Origin: Gammaproteobacteria bacterium
GTDB taxonomy: Bacteria > Pseudomonadota > Gammaproteobacteria > Eutrophobiales > Eutrophobiaceae
Direction of reading: 5' to 3'
Length of the DNA: 64,000 nt
Assembly (NCBI GenBank): GCA_965116495.1
Contig: OZ220696.1
Span: 1,440,001 to 1,504,000 of the forward strand
Shown here: positions 1-8,917 of the stretch, piece after piece
How positions within the stretch are numbered: position 1 is the first letter of the stretch
Layout: each line of letters opens with the position of its first letter
Program-made: the position numbers and the translations under genes
Notes under the pieces: generated by a model
Told to the model about the DNA's origin: nothing
Database searches by the model: none
The model's input: the letters and a program-made list of their open reading frames with translations, nothing else

Positions 1-44
1 TCGATAAACGTTGGGGAATAATTCTGAATAATGGACAGCTTTGA
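1..44 (+). CDS. C-terminal end of a probable AbiEi-family antitoxin (5'-truncated by the window)
   Basis: Frame 3 reads DKRWGIILNNGQL-stop (TGA 42-44), overlapping the AbiEii start. A 'RWGxxxN' C-terminus and overlap with abiEii are typical of AbiEi antitoxins. Only 13 codons are visible. Confidence 0.5.
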   Translation, partial: DKRWGIILNNGQL

Positions 45-936
45 TATTGGAATCAAGATTCATGAAGATAAACCCAGGTTCCGTGAGGTACTGATTTTTT
101 CAGAACAGCAAACAGGTTTTGGCGCCAGACTGATTGAAAAAGATTATTATTGTTCATTGGTACTACATGATTTAACGATACAAGAACAAAATTCTCTCAT
201 ATTCAAAGGCGGTACCTGTCTCTGTAAGGTTCATGCAGATTTCTATCGGATGAGTGAAGACCTGGATTTTCTTATTTCAACCGACACTGATGCTACCCGG
301 CCAAAACGTCGTGAATTGATTGAACCCTTGAAATTACATTTCAGTGAAATACCCGAGCGGTTACCCGGTTTTCGGATATATGAGGGGTTACGAGGTCATG
401 ATAATTCTAAACATTATGCGAGCAGTCTGTCATATCAGTCAGTTATTACCGGAGAAGAAGAATATATAAAGATTGAAATCAGTTTGCGAGAACCTGTATT
501 GGAATCGATTCAAAATAAAGCAGCCAAGACATTACTCATTGACCCGTTTACCGGAAGCTCCTTGGTTGATGCAATACCTGTAAACGTACTGTCATATAGC
601 GAGAGTTATGCCGAAAAGTTCCGAGCTGCGCTGACACGCAGAAATCTTGCGATTCGTGATTTTTACGATATTGACGTTGCAATCCGATCAGGCAGACTGA
701 CTGTAAACAGCAGCACGTTTATTGCTCTAATTCGTAATAAAATAGCTATTCCAGGGACTAACGCCATTGATATATCCGAAGACAGGATCAATATCCTGCA
801 TAATCAGCTTGAGACAGAATTAAAACCTGTTTTACGAAGTAATGATTATACAAATTTCGATGCGAAAAAGGCGATAACAATAGTTGTCGATGTAATGAAT
901 AGATTAAATTTGAATCCGGGAAAAAGCCCGTTATAG
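31..936 (+). CDS. abiEii: AbiEii/DUF1814 nucleotidyltransferase toxin (type IV TA)
   Basis: Motifs EKDY, FKGGTCL, YRMSEDLDF, AEKFRAALTR and RDFYD. Visibly AT-richer than downstream genes. Confidence 0.88.
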   Translation: MDSFDIGIKIHEDKPRFREVLIFSEQQTGFGARLIEKDYYCSLVLHDLTIQEQNSLIFKGGTCLCKVHADFYRMSEDLDFLISTDTDATRPKRRELIEPLKLHFSEIPERLPGFRIYEGLRGHDNSKHYASSLSYQSVITGEEEYIKIEISLREPVLESIQNKAAKTLLIDPFTGSSLVDAIPVNVLSYSESYAEKFRAALTRRNLAIRDFYDIDVAIRSGRLTVNSSTFIALIRNKIAIPGTNAIDISEDRINILHNQLETELKPVLRSNDYTNFDAKKAITIVVDVMNRLNLNPGKSPL

Positions 937-960
937 CCCTTCGCTGGCTTAAGAATAACC

Positions 961-1224
961 CTACAAATCCAGCACCAGCAAATCGCTTTTTGAGCGTGAG
1001 CAGCACAGGGTCATCTGGTCGTTGGCCGCTTGCTCTTCATCGGTCATGAACACGTCATTATGTTCCGGTTCCCCTTCCAGCACGCCGGTGAGGCAGGTGC
1101 CGCAGATACCTTGCTCGCAGGACACGGGGATAATGATGCCGTGCTCGCCCAGGGCGTCGACGATCCTGACGCCGTCTTCTACGGTGATCACTTCACCGGT
1201 GCTCGCTATCTTTACTTTGAACAT
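961..1224 (-). CDS. 2Fe-2S ferredoxin matching the C-terminal domain of PDR/VanB reductases (stand-alone or remnant)
   Basis: SCEQGICGTC...TLCCSRSKSDLLVLDL. There is an in-frame stop 12 codons upstream of the ATG and no clear Shine-Dalgarno. Confidence 0.8.
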   Translation of the reverse strand: MFKVKIASTGEVITVEDGVRIVDALGEHGIIIPVSCEQGICGTCLTGVLEGEPEHNDVFMTDEEQAANDQMTLCCSRSKSDLLVLDL

Positions 1225-1313
1225 TTGGATAGTTGTTTTGACAAGTAGTTGGTCGGATTATCAGGAAGCCTATCATAAAGCAATGCTGGTTCGCACTAAC
1301 TGAAACCGGTTTA

Positions 1314-4300
1314 TTATTCCGGACCGAAGACCAGTTCGGGTATCACGATCTCCCAGGCATCAGACTTGATGCGTTCCTGGTACTCAGGCTTTGACTGCTC
1401 CCGTTTACGGGTAATGATTGCCAACACTTTCGCGTACAGGCAGCGCATTCCCTCCGGCGCTTCGAAAGCGGTGGTGAGGCGTCCTACCTTATTGCCGGCA
1501 TGGTCAAGTAATTCCCACCGTTTCTTCTCGTTCAGGCATGCGCTGAGTGAGTCACCGGGATGCAGCGCGGCAATATTTCGATGCACGCGATAATGGGGTT
1601 GAGCACGGCTTGCGAAGCCTAAATCGATCTTCTTGAGATCAGGTCGCTTGTAAACATGATAGAGTTCGGGAACAGGTGACGGTAGTTGTACGGGGTCACG
1701 CTGCAGTATGGAAGAATGTTCTTGCAATGAGCTGATGACATGACCCTTTCTGTTGTCAGCCTCGTTAAAGCATAGCAGCGAAAGCGTTTGCCGCGCGCGC
1801 GTCATGGCGACGTAGTACAATCTGCGCGGCGCGTCCCTGCCTTCTTTGCTGTTGCGACTGTCCCATCCTCCATCCAACACTACCACGTGATCGAATTCCA
1901 ACCCTTTGGCGCTGTGGGCAGTGAGCAGCAACAGCCCGTTCTGGCGCCCGCGCGCCGCCTGGCCCCATTCAGCCAGCCATTCGATGAACAGGGTAACCGG
2001 TATATCCGACGCCGTCTCCCCGGTTTCCTCCTGGTACGCAGTCGCAGCCTCCTGCAGCAATTCGATCCAGGGGTTTTGTCGCTGGGCTTTCAGCCAGGCC
2101 TTGAACTCAGACATTTTTACCACTTTCCTGTTGTCTTGCTTCAGCCAGTCCAGGCAGGCCTGGGTTTCCCGCAGACGCCAGAAATTCGGGAGTTCTTCGT
2201 TACCCAACTGTACTGGAATTCTCTCGTGCTCACAGAACCCGCGCACCGGATCCAGGTACTTCCACTCACGAGCAATCACCGCGCAGGACGACCAGTCCCA
2301 ATCTTGCGTGAGACTGGACAGACGTTGCAACTCCAGCATGGCTGCCTGTGCCTGCGCTACCGGATCTTCCCCCGCCGGCAGTAGCTGTACCCTGCCCTCG
2401 CCCACCGGGTCGATTTTGCCCCAATCGCCGCCATGGGGTTGTTTTGCGCGCGCCTGGTTTATCCTGATCGGATGCCCGGTTTTCATCCTGTGAGGCGCCG
2501 GCTCGATCAACGCGTTGGCCGCGCTGATGACGTGGGCGGTGGAACGGTAGTTATCCGTGAGATAGACCGGCTTGGCCTTGTAGTCCTCCTCAAAACGGCG
2601 GATATATTTCACCGAAGCGCCCTTGAAGGAGTAGATGTTCTGGTCGTCATCGCCGACCGCGAACAGTGTCAGCTTATCGTCTTCATCCGTCAGCGTGCGT
2701 CCCGTAAGAGCGGCGATGAGGTCATATTCTTCCTGGCCTATGTCCTGGTATTCGTCCACCAGGATCCAGCGAAAACCGGCCAGCAGTCGTTCTCGCTGTT
2801 CACTCGCATCTTCCGCTTCCAAACCATCGCCACGCAGCAATGCTGTCGCATCTCGCAGCAGGGAGTCAAAGACCGAATCGTCAGTCATATCATGGCGATC
2901 AGTGAAACTGGCACCTACCAAGCGCATCGCTAGACCGTGGCACGTAAGTACCATTACCCCTCGAGCATCATCACCGACCATATCCGTGAGGCGGCGGCGA
3001 ATTTCCACCGCAGCATGGCGGTTGTAAGCCAGTGCCAGGATGCCGCGCGGGTTCTCGCGTCGCACCCGTAACAGGTAAGCGATGCGATGCACCAATACCC
3101 GCGTCTTGCCAGAGCCGGGACCCGCCAGCGCCAGCACGTTGGTCTGTTCCCGGTCGTCCGCGACAATATTTTGTTGTACGGGATTATCAAGATATTCGAC
3201 AATGTTGCGCCAGGATTCCGGCGTGGTCTGGTGTTCAATTTCCTTGCCGGTATCGGGAAGCCAGTAATCCAGGAAATCATCCTGTTTCTGTTTGAAGTAA
3301 TCCAGTGCCAACTCCAGCGCTTTTTTAATATCGTCCAGCCCAAGCTGCGCATAGGCTTTCATAATGTGGATCTGTAAGATCTGACCCAGGTAATGGTCTT
3401 TGAGCGGCGCAAAGTCGGTGTTGCGAAAGCCGCGCTTGCCTTGATCCCCTTGCGCCAGGCGGATGGTCATGGCCGGACGGAATACCGCCAGGCCCTTGTT
3501 CAGGCGAATCACTTCGAGTTCGTGCAGCCACAATAATGCACGCTCCATCAGCTTCTCGGGTTTTTTCATCTCCTGTTTCAAGATGATGTCAGCGTTGAGG
3601 ACCTCGAGCAGCTTACCCAGTGTTGTCTCGGCCAGCAGATCGACACCACGGCTACCGGACGGCAGACCGTCAAGCAGGTGTCCCAACAAACATGCGGCAG
3701 CAGTACGTCGCCGTTCGGCTGTTTTTTCCAATGCCGACCAATCACGTCTCAGTGTTACCCGCACCGTCTCTGCGTCCAGTTTGCGCACTTCGAGGCTACT
3801 GCCACTGCCGTCTTCACCACGGCCATCAGCACCAAGACTGCGTAGAATACGCAACAATCGTTCCGGCAAGGCGTCCTCATGGCCGGCATCCTTAAGTTGC
3901 TGGTTAAGCTGGCGCAGGTGTAGCGGCCAGGCATCACCCTTGCCCATATCCGGCGCCGCCTCGCGCAGGCGCTCGATCAGCGCACGTTCCAACTGTATCG
4001 CTTCGTTCAGTCGTTTCTTCGATGAATGCTCCACGCCGGCATGCACAAACGCGGTCAGCACGGTGTCATTACTGGCGATCCCCAGTTTCTCAAGGTCGTA
4101 CAATGCGGCGCGCAATCCTTCAGCATTCATATCTGCAACACCGATTAACTCATCCGTGGAAATGCCCTCATCCGGATCAGCCTGCATCAGGGTTTCCACG
4201 ATGCGCAGTAACTGCTTGCGATAGTCATCCGGGATAAATGCTTTGCTGAGCCTGTCTTGTGCCTGCTCGATCGAGTTTACACGTAGAGATGATGGGAAAA

Positions 4301-6494
4301 CCTGCACCTGGTTCTCTTCCCTTGACAATAACTTTGCCTCCTCCAGCCAGGCGATAGCGGTGCGCACCCGGTTATCGTCGGTCGCCGAGTCCCGCTCGAA
4401 TTCCTTGTCCTCCTCATCCAGCAGAATCTCACCGGCTGTGGCCACCACTTCACCTTGCCCGTACTTTTTCCGGTCCAGGCGGCGCAATGCTCTCAGGATA
4501 CTGTGAATTTCGCGCCGGTTAAGTCGTCCACGACTGGATAACATGAACTGCTGCTCTACATCGTCCAATGTATAAAACAGCACACAACGCGCCGGTTGCC
4601 GATCCCTGCCGGCGCGGCCAGCTTCCTGCAGGTAGTTCTCCAGTGAGCCTGGGATATCGGCGTGCACGACCAGGCGCACGTCTGGCTTGTCGATGCCCAT
4701 GCCAAACGCGTTGGTGGCAACAATCACCCGTAATTCACCACCAACAAAACGCTTTTGCACGTCCTTTTTGCTTTCCGGTTGCAGACCTGCGTGGAAATAA
4801 TCCGCAGCGACGTCCCGCAATTGCAAAAATTTGGCAAGTTCCTCTGTGTCCTTTCGCTTGGCACGATAAATAATACTGCCGCCCGGCTCTTCATCCAGGC
4901 ACTCTCTCACCATCTGGTGGATATGGGAAAACTTCTCCGGCCCTGTTGTCGGCAGCACTTCAAATTCCAGGTTATCACGCTGCGCCCCACCGTTAAAAAC
5001 CTTCATCCCGATGTTGAGTTTGTCTTGCAGGTGTCCCACTATGTCGGCTACAACGTCCGGCTTGGCGGTGGCAGTCAGGCATATCAACGGTGGCACCGGC
5101 TCCTCACCTGCTTTCTCACGGATGAAGCGTGCCACGTAACGATAATCTGGGCGAAAATCATGTCCCCACTTTGACAGGCAATGGGCTTCATCCAATACCC
5201 AGGCGCCGATCTCGCGCTGGCTCAGCGCCCGGCGCACGGAACGGTTGCGCAACTGTTCGGGGGAGATGAGGAGGATACCGGCATCTCCCAGACGCACCTT
5301 GTCCAGCACGTCACTGCGCTCAGGGAGAGATAACAATCCGTTGACCGCGACGCTACAACCAATCCCATGTTTTTCCAGACCGGCAACCTGGTCCGCCATC
5401 AGCGCCACCAGAGGCGAGATAACTACGGTGAGTGCGCCGGTCTTGTCATAGCGGGACAGGGCCGGGATCTGGTAGCACAGAGACTTGCCGGTGCCTGTGG
5501 GCAGGATACCCAGTACGTGTTCTCCTGCAAGCGCCGTCTCGACGATGGACTGCTGCAAGGGTTTTCCCTGTACGTCTGCGGGTTCCGCCCGGAAAGTGTT
5601 GAACCCAAACCAGCGCTTGAGTTCCTTGTTTGTATCGTGCCGCTCCCTGCACCAGCCACATTTGGGGTCAGTGCAGGCGAGATCCCGCAGGCGACGCACC
5701 AGTTCACCCGCTTCGGGAAACTGGTGGCAGACCCAGGGTGGCATGACCGAGTTGCCCCCGCATACCGACAACCAGGCCAGCGTATAAGCCAATGACCATG
5801 TAAATGTCTGCCCGGCTTGCGTTATAATCTCCCTTGCCTGGATGATGCAGCCACGATCATCCAGGAGTCTTTGCAGCGCCGCCCCGGCCTCCATATCGGG
5901 AGGCCTGGATGCCTTTCGAATATCGGAGAAAACAGCATCGAAACCAGCATCGTTTTCCGTTGTGGCGGTCAACCAGTGCCAGGCAGCCAACTGATCCGGA
6001 TGGGCGCTTACCAATTTGGCCAGCTCCAGGCGCTGCTCAGTGAACACCTGCAAGGCAAGTCGTGAATCCAGATACGGATCATTCAGGCGGCCACGTATCA
6101 GTTGTCCATCCTGGTAATGTTTCACCAGACGGTGGTAGGGGTTGGCGGGGAAAGCCAGGGGACTCAAGCGCAACGTATCGATCGGAGGCAACTTCAACAG
6201 CTTAAGACCCGGTTGCGCGGCGCGCAGGTGAGGAATGTCAAATTCAATCAGGTTATGGCCCAAAAGGTAATCCGTCCCGACCGCCAACTCATCCAGCTTT
6301 GACAATGCCCTGTTCAAGTCTCTACGCTGAGAATTTCCAGGATAAACCAATGACTCATCAGTGTCCGAACGTACCGCAGCGAAAGCATGGATGCGTTTGT
6401 CCTGTTTTCCGACTTCCAGGTCAAGCGAAAGGCAGCAATGAGAAAAGCGTCCCTTTTTATTTAACGGCCGGTTCACTCTGTTCACCGATGACAA
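1314..6494 (-). CDS. Large fusion: DEDD-type 3'-5' exonuclease + RecQ (SF2) helicase + UvrD/Rep (SF1) helicase
   Basis: N-terminal LDLEV, GHNLIEFD, NDPYLD and a CxxxxCxxC motif. RecQ motifs LPTGTGKS, DEAH, QEAGRAGR. UvrD motifs AGPGSGKT, DEYQD, VGDDDQNIY, NYRS, HSAKGLEF, YVAMTRAR. Confidence 0.9.
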   Translation of the reverse strand: MSSVNRVNRPLNKKGRFSHCCLSLDLEVGKQDKRIHAFAAVRSDTDESLVYPGNSQRRDLNRALSKLDELAVGTDYLLGHNLIEFDIPHLRAAQPGLKLLKLPPIDTLRLSPLAFPANPYHRLVKHYQDGQLIRGRLNDPYLDSRLALQVFTEQRLELAKLVSAHPDQLAAWHWLTATTENDAGFDAVFSDIRKASRPPDMEAGAALQRLLDDRGCIIQAREIITQAGQTFTWSLAYTLAWLSVCGGNSVMPPWVCHQFPEAGELVRRLRDLACTDPKCGWCRERHDTNKELKRWFGFNTFRAEPADVQGKPLQQSIVETALAGEHVLGILPTGTGKSLCYQIPALSRYDKTGALTVVISPLVALMADQVAGLEKHGIGCSVAVNGLLSLPERSDVLDKVRLGDAGILLISPEQLRNRSVRRALSQREIGAWVLDEAHCLSKWGHDFRPDYRYVARFIREKAGEEPVPPLICLTATAKPDVVADIVGHLQDKLNIGMKVFNGGAQRDNLEFEVLPTTGPEKFSHIHQMVRECLDEEPGGSIIYRAKRKDTEELAKFLQLRDVAADYFHAGLQPESKKDVQKRFVGGELRVIVATNAFGMGIDKPDVRLVVHADIPGSLENYLQEAGRAGRDRQPARCVLFYTLDDVEQQFMLSSRGRLNRREIHSILRALRRLDRKKYGQGEVVATAGEILLDEEDKEFERDSATDDNRVRTAIAWLEEAKLLSREENQVQVFPSSLRVNSIEQAQDRLSKAFIPDDYRKQLLRIVETLMQADPDEGISTDELIGVADMNAEGLRAALYDLEKLGIASNDTVLTAFVHAGVEHSSKKRLNEAIQLERALIERLREAAPDMGKGDAWPLHLRQLNQQLKDAGHEDALPERLLRILRSLGADGRGEDGSGSSLEVRKLDAETVRVTLRRDWSALEKTAERRRTAAACLLGHLLDGLPSGSRGVDLLAETTLGKLLEVLNADIILKQEMKKPEKLMERALLWLHELEVIRLNKGLAVFRPAMTIRLAQGDQGKRGFRNTDFAPLKDHYLGQILQIHIMKAYAQLGLDDIKKALELALDYFKQKQDDFLDYWLPDTGKEIEHQTTPESWRNIVEYLDNPVQQNIVADDREQTNVLALAGPGSGKTRVLVHRIAYLLRVRRENPRGILALAYNRHAAVEIRRRLTDMVGDDARGVMVLTCHGLAMRLVGASFTDRHDMTDDSVFDSLLRDATALLRGDGLEAEDASEQRERLLAGFRWILVDEYQDIGQEEYDLIAALTGRTLTDEDDKLTLFAVGDDDQNIYSFKGASVKYIRRFEEDYKAKPVYLTDNYRSTAHVISAANALIEPAPHRMKTGHPIRINQARAKQPHGGDWGKIDPVGEGRVQLLPAGEDPVAQAQAAMLELQRLSSLTQDWDWSSCAVIAREWKYLDPVRGFCEHERIPVQLGNEELPNFWRLRETQACLDWLKQDNRKVVKMSEFKAWLKAQRQNPWIELLQEAATAYQEETGETASDIPVTLFIEWLAEWGQAARGRQNGLLLLTAHSAKGLEFDHVVVLDGGWDSRNSKEGRDAPRRLYYVAMTRARQTLSLLCFNEADNRKGHVISSLQEHSSILQRDPVQLPSPVPELYHVYKRPDLKKIDLGFASRAQPHYRVHRNIAALHPGDSLSACLNEKKRWELLDHAGNKVGRLTTAFEAPEGMRCLYAKVLAIITRKREQSKPEYQERIKSDAWEIVIPELVFGPE

Positions 6495-6553
6495 CTCAAG
6501 GGTTCATGTGGATTTACCAAAATTTCTGTCACATTATATCTTGTTTTGTGCTT

Positions 6554-6588
6554 TATCATTTGATATATTATAAATTACTCAAATGATA
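6554..6588. promoter_or_regulatory. Inverted repeat, probable Xre-RES autoregulatory operator
   Basis: TATCATTTGA-N15-TCAAATGATA, a perfect 10-bp IR in AT-rich DNA ending 10 bp before the antitoxin ATG. Confidence 0.55.
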
Positions 6589-6598
6589 TTAATCTCTT

Positions 6599-7051
6599 AT
6601 GGCAAAAAGCACGACAAGTAAAGTATTCAGGCCTGGTACGACAGGCGATCTGTTCTGGCAACAATTAGGTGTACCCGGACGCGGCCCGCGCTTATTCGAA
6701 CAACTGGAAACAGGCTTCCACTACCGCTTCTTTGTTTTGCTGGCCGAACTGTCAGGATTACAGAAAAAACAGCTCTCCACCTTGCTGGCAATTTCTCCTG
6801 CCACCCTGGCGCGGCGCGCTAACGCAGGCCGTTTTACCCCCGCTGAGAGTGACCGGCTGTTTCGTTGCGCGGAAATTCTTAAGGCTACTATTGATCTTTT
6901 TGAGGGTGATCAGAACGGGGCATGTCGCTGGATGATAAACCCAAGTATCGGGTTGAACGGCAAGGCTCCCGTAGAGATGCTGCGTAGCGCAACGGAAGCA
7001 AGCGCCGTAGAAGACCTGATCGGCCGAATGGAGCATGGAGTTATTGCGTGA
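6599..7051 (+). CDS. Xre/MbcA/ParS-family antitoxin
   Basis: HTH (LAISPATLARRANAGRFTPAESDRLFR) plus C-terminal WMINPSIGLNGKAPVEML...LIGRMEHG. GTGA overlap with the RES gene. Confidence 0.9.
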   Translation: MAKSTTSKVFRPGTTGDLFWQQLGVPGRGPRLFEQLETGFHYRFFVLLAELSGLQKKQLSTLLAISPATLARRANAGRFTPAESDRLFRCAEILKATIDLFEGDQNGACRWMINPSIGLNGKAPVEMLRSATEASAVEDLIGRMEHGVIA

Positions 7052-7533
7052 TTCGAGCCTACCGGCTGGTTAAGCGCCGGCAGTCTGCAACCGCTTTCGA
7101 CGGTGAGGGCGCCCGACGTTTCGGAGGGCGGTGGAACAGCAAAGGACAGGCATGTATTTATCTTACGAGTTCCATCTCTCTGGGGCATCTCGAGATTATG
7201 GTCCATGTAAGTGATTATCACATACTGAGACAATACACCGTACTAAGTCTGGACCTGGAGGTAAGGGATATGATGGTGCTCCCGGATGATGCGCTTCCGA
7301 ACGACTGGCGTGACTATCCGGCGCCGTTATCGACTGCGCTTATCGGCAATGAGTGGTTAGCTGGTCGGGAGTCAGCGGTCTTGTCAGTACCCAGCGTAAT
7401 TGTCCCGTCTGAAAGGAATTATCTGCTCAATCCCCGACATCCGCGATTCACGGTAATTATCGGGACAGCCCGGGACGTGGAGTTCTCTTTTGACCCGAGG
7501 CTAGGGTCTACAGGCATTACCGGGGGATTCTGA
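7048..7533 (+). CDS. RES-domain toxin (NAD+ phosphorylase family)
   Basis: YRL, FDGEGARRFGGRWN, LEIMVH, VPSVIVPSERNYLLNPRHP. Confidence 0.92.
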   Translation: MIRAYRLVKRRQSATAFDGEGARRFGGRWNSKGQACIYLTSSISLGHLEIMVHVSDYHILRQYTVLSLDLEVRDMMVLPDDALPNDWRDYPAPLSTALIGNEWLAGRESAVLSVPSVIVPSERNYLLNPRHPRFTVIIGTARDVEFSFDPRLGSTGITGGF

Positions 7534-7559
7534 CACAACTGTTTCAGTACTATTCCGTC

Positions 7560-7587
7560 TTGAAAAAATATCGATGTTTTTTATAAT
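7560..7587 (+). promoter_or_regulatory. Sigma70 promoter overlapped by a palindromic operator
   Basis: TTGAAA-16-TATAAT, with AAAAAATATCGATGTTTTTT (7563-7582) spanning the spacer. Confidence 0.65.
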
Positions 7588-7635
7588 CACCGGAATTATT
7601 TTTCGTCAATAAAGTAAATTCCGAGGGAGATCCAA

Positions 7636-8760
7636 GTGTCAAAAACGTTTCTGAAAAATGCCTGGTATGCGGCAACGTGGAGCTATGAGGTAAAAAAGGA
7701 ACTGTTCGAACGCACCATCATCGGCGAGTCCATCCTGTTTTACCGCAAGGAAAACAACCAGGCGGTCGCCATCAACAACGCCTGCCCGCACCGCTATTCA
7801 CCCTTGCACCTGGGCACCCTGATGGGCGACGTGGTTGAATGCAAGTACCACGGCCTGCGTTATGACGGCACGGGGCGTTGCGTACACAATCCCCACGGGG
7901 ACGGCAGGATACCGGAAAAGATGTGCACGAGGGCCTATCCGCTGGAGGAAATCCATAACATGTTATGGATATGGATGGGCGACCCGGCATTGGCCGACCC
8001 CGCCACCATCCCCGATTTCAGTTGCCATACCGACCCTGATTATCCCTCCGTCCAGGGGGTTATCGAGATGCACGGCAACTACGAACTGATAACCGACAAC
8101 CTGATGGACCTGTCCCACGTCGAGTTCCTGCATAAGGGCATTCTGGGCAGTGACGCAATCAAGCGCGGCGAGCACGAACTGTTGCAGGACGGCACCACCG
8201 TCTGGTCGAACCGCTGGTGCCCGGACGGGCTGGCGCCACCGGCCTGGGACCACATGTTCAAGGACTACGGCAAGCCGGTGGACCACTGGTTATATATGCG
8301 CTGGGATGCCCCCGCCCACATGCTGCTGGACGTGGGCATCACCCCCACGGGCAGGCCGCGTGATGAAGGGATCTGGATGTACGGAACGGATATCCTCACG
8401 CCAAAAAACGAGACATCCACCTATTACTATTGGGGCGTAGCCAGGTCCCATGACAAGGACAGCACCGAGATGGACAAAATCTGGACCGGCGCTATCGAAA
8501 CCGCGTTCGGGACCCAAGACAAGCCCATGGTCGAGGCCCAGCAGGGGATGCTGGAATCACTGGGCGTCACCGACCTTGACGAAGTCGATCCTGTACTGCT
8601 GCCCATGGACAGCGCCACGGTGCGCTGCCGCCGCATCATGGATAAATTACGTGGACAGGATGGTGTTACATTGCCCGATCCCCGTAACCCGGCCCTGACA
8701 GACCTTGTCAGGAAAGCGAACGCCGAGGAATACAGCGGCAGGGTAGTACCGGTGGTGTGA
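7636..8760 (+). CDS. Rieske non-heme iron monooxygenase, VanA/DdmC (O-/N-dealkylase) family
   Basis: FLKNAWY; Rieske CPH...CKYH; mononuclear Fe site DNLMDLSHVEFLH; QDKPMVEAQQ. GTG start after GAGGGAG. Confidence 0.9.
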   Translation: MSKTFLKNAWYAATWSYEVKKELFERTIIGESILFYRKENNQAVAINNACPHRYSPLHLGTLMGDVVECKYHGLRYDGTGRCVHNPHGDGRIPEKMCTRAYPLEEIHNMLWIWMGDPALADPATIPDFSCHTDPDYPSVQGVIEMHGNYELITDNLMDLSHVEFLHKGILGSDAIKRGEHELLQDGTTVWSNRWCPDGLAPPAWDHMFKDYGKPVDHWLYMRWDAPAHMLLDVGITPTGRPRDEGIWMYGTDILTPKNETSTYYYWGVARSHDKDSTEMDKIWTGAIETAFGTQDKPMVEAQQGMLESLGVTDLDEVDPVLLPMDSATVRCRRIMDKLRGQDGVTLPDPRNPALTDLVRKANAEEYSGRVVPVV

Positions 8761-8766
8761 AGGGGA

Positions 8767-8917
8767 GAATTAGGAATTACGAATTAGGAATTAGGAATTA
8801 CGAATTGGGGATGTTACGTAACTGTGTGCTTTGATTCAATTTGCGGAAGACATAAGATGCATTGAAAAACCGCCGCCACGGGCGGCACATTCATTCCTAA
8901 TTCGTAATTCCTAATTC
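8767..8917. repeat. Inverted heptamer-array element (GAATTAG/C x6 ... C/GTAATTC x3), copy 1
   Basis: Tandem 7-mers at 8767-8808 and inverted 7-mers at 8897-8917, preceded by GCCGCCACGGGCGGCACATTCATTC. Same layout at 56877-57066. Confidence 0.85.

Noticed and set aside
1-7600. Integrative element or prophage boundaries
   Set aside because: No integrase, transposase, tRNA or att direct repeat is visible in the window.
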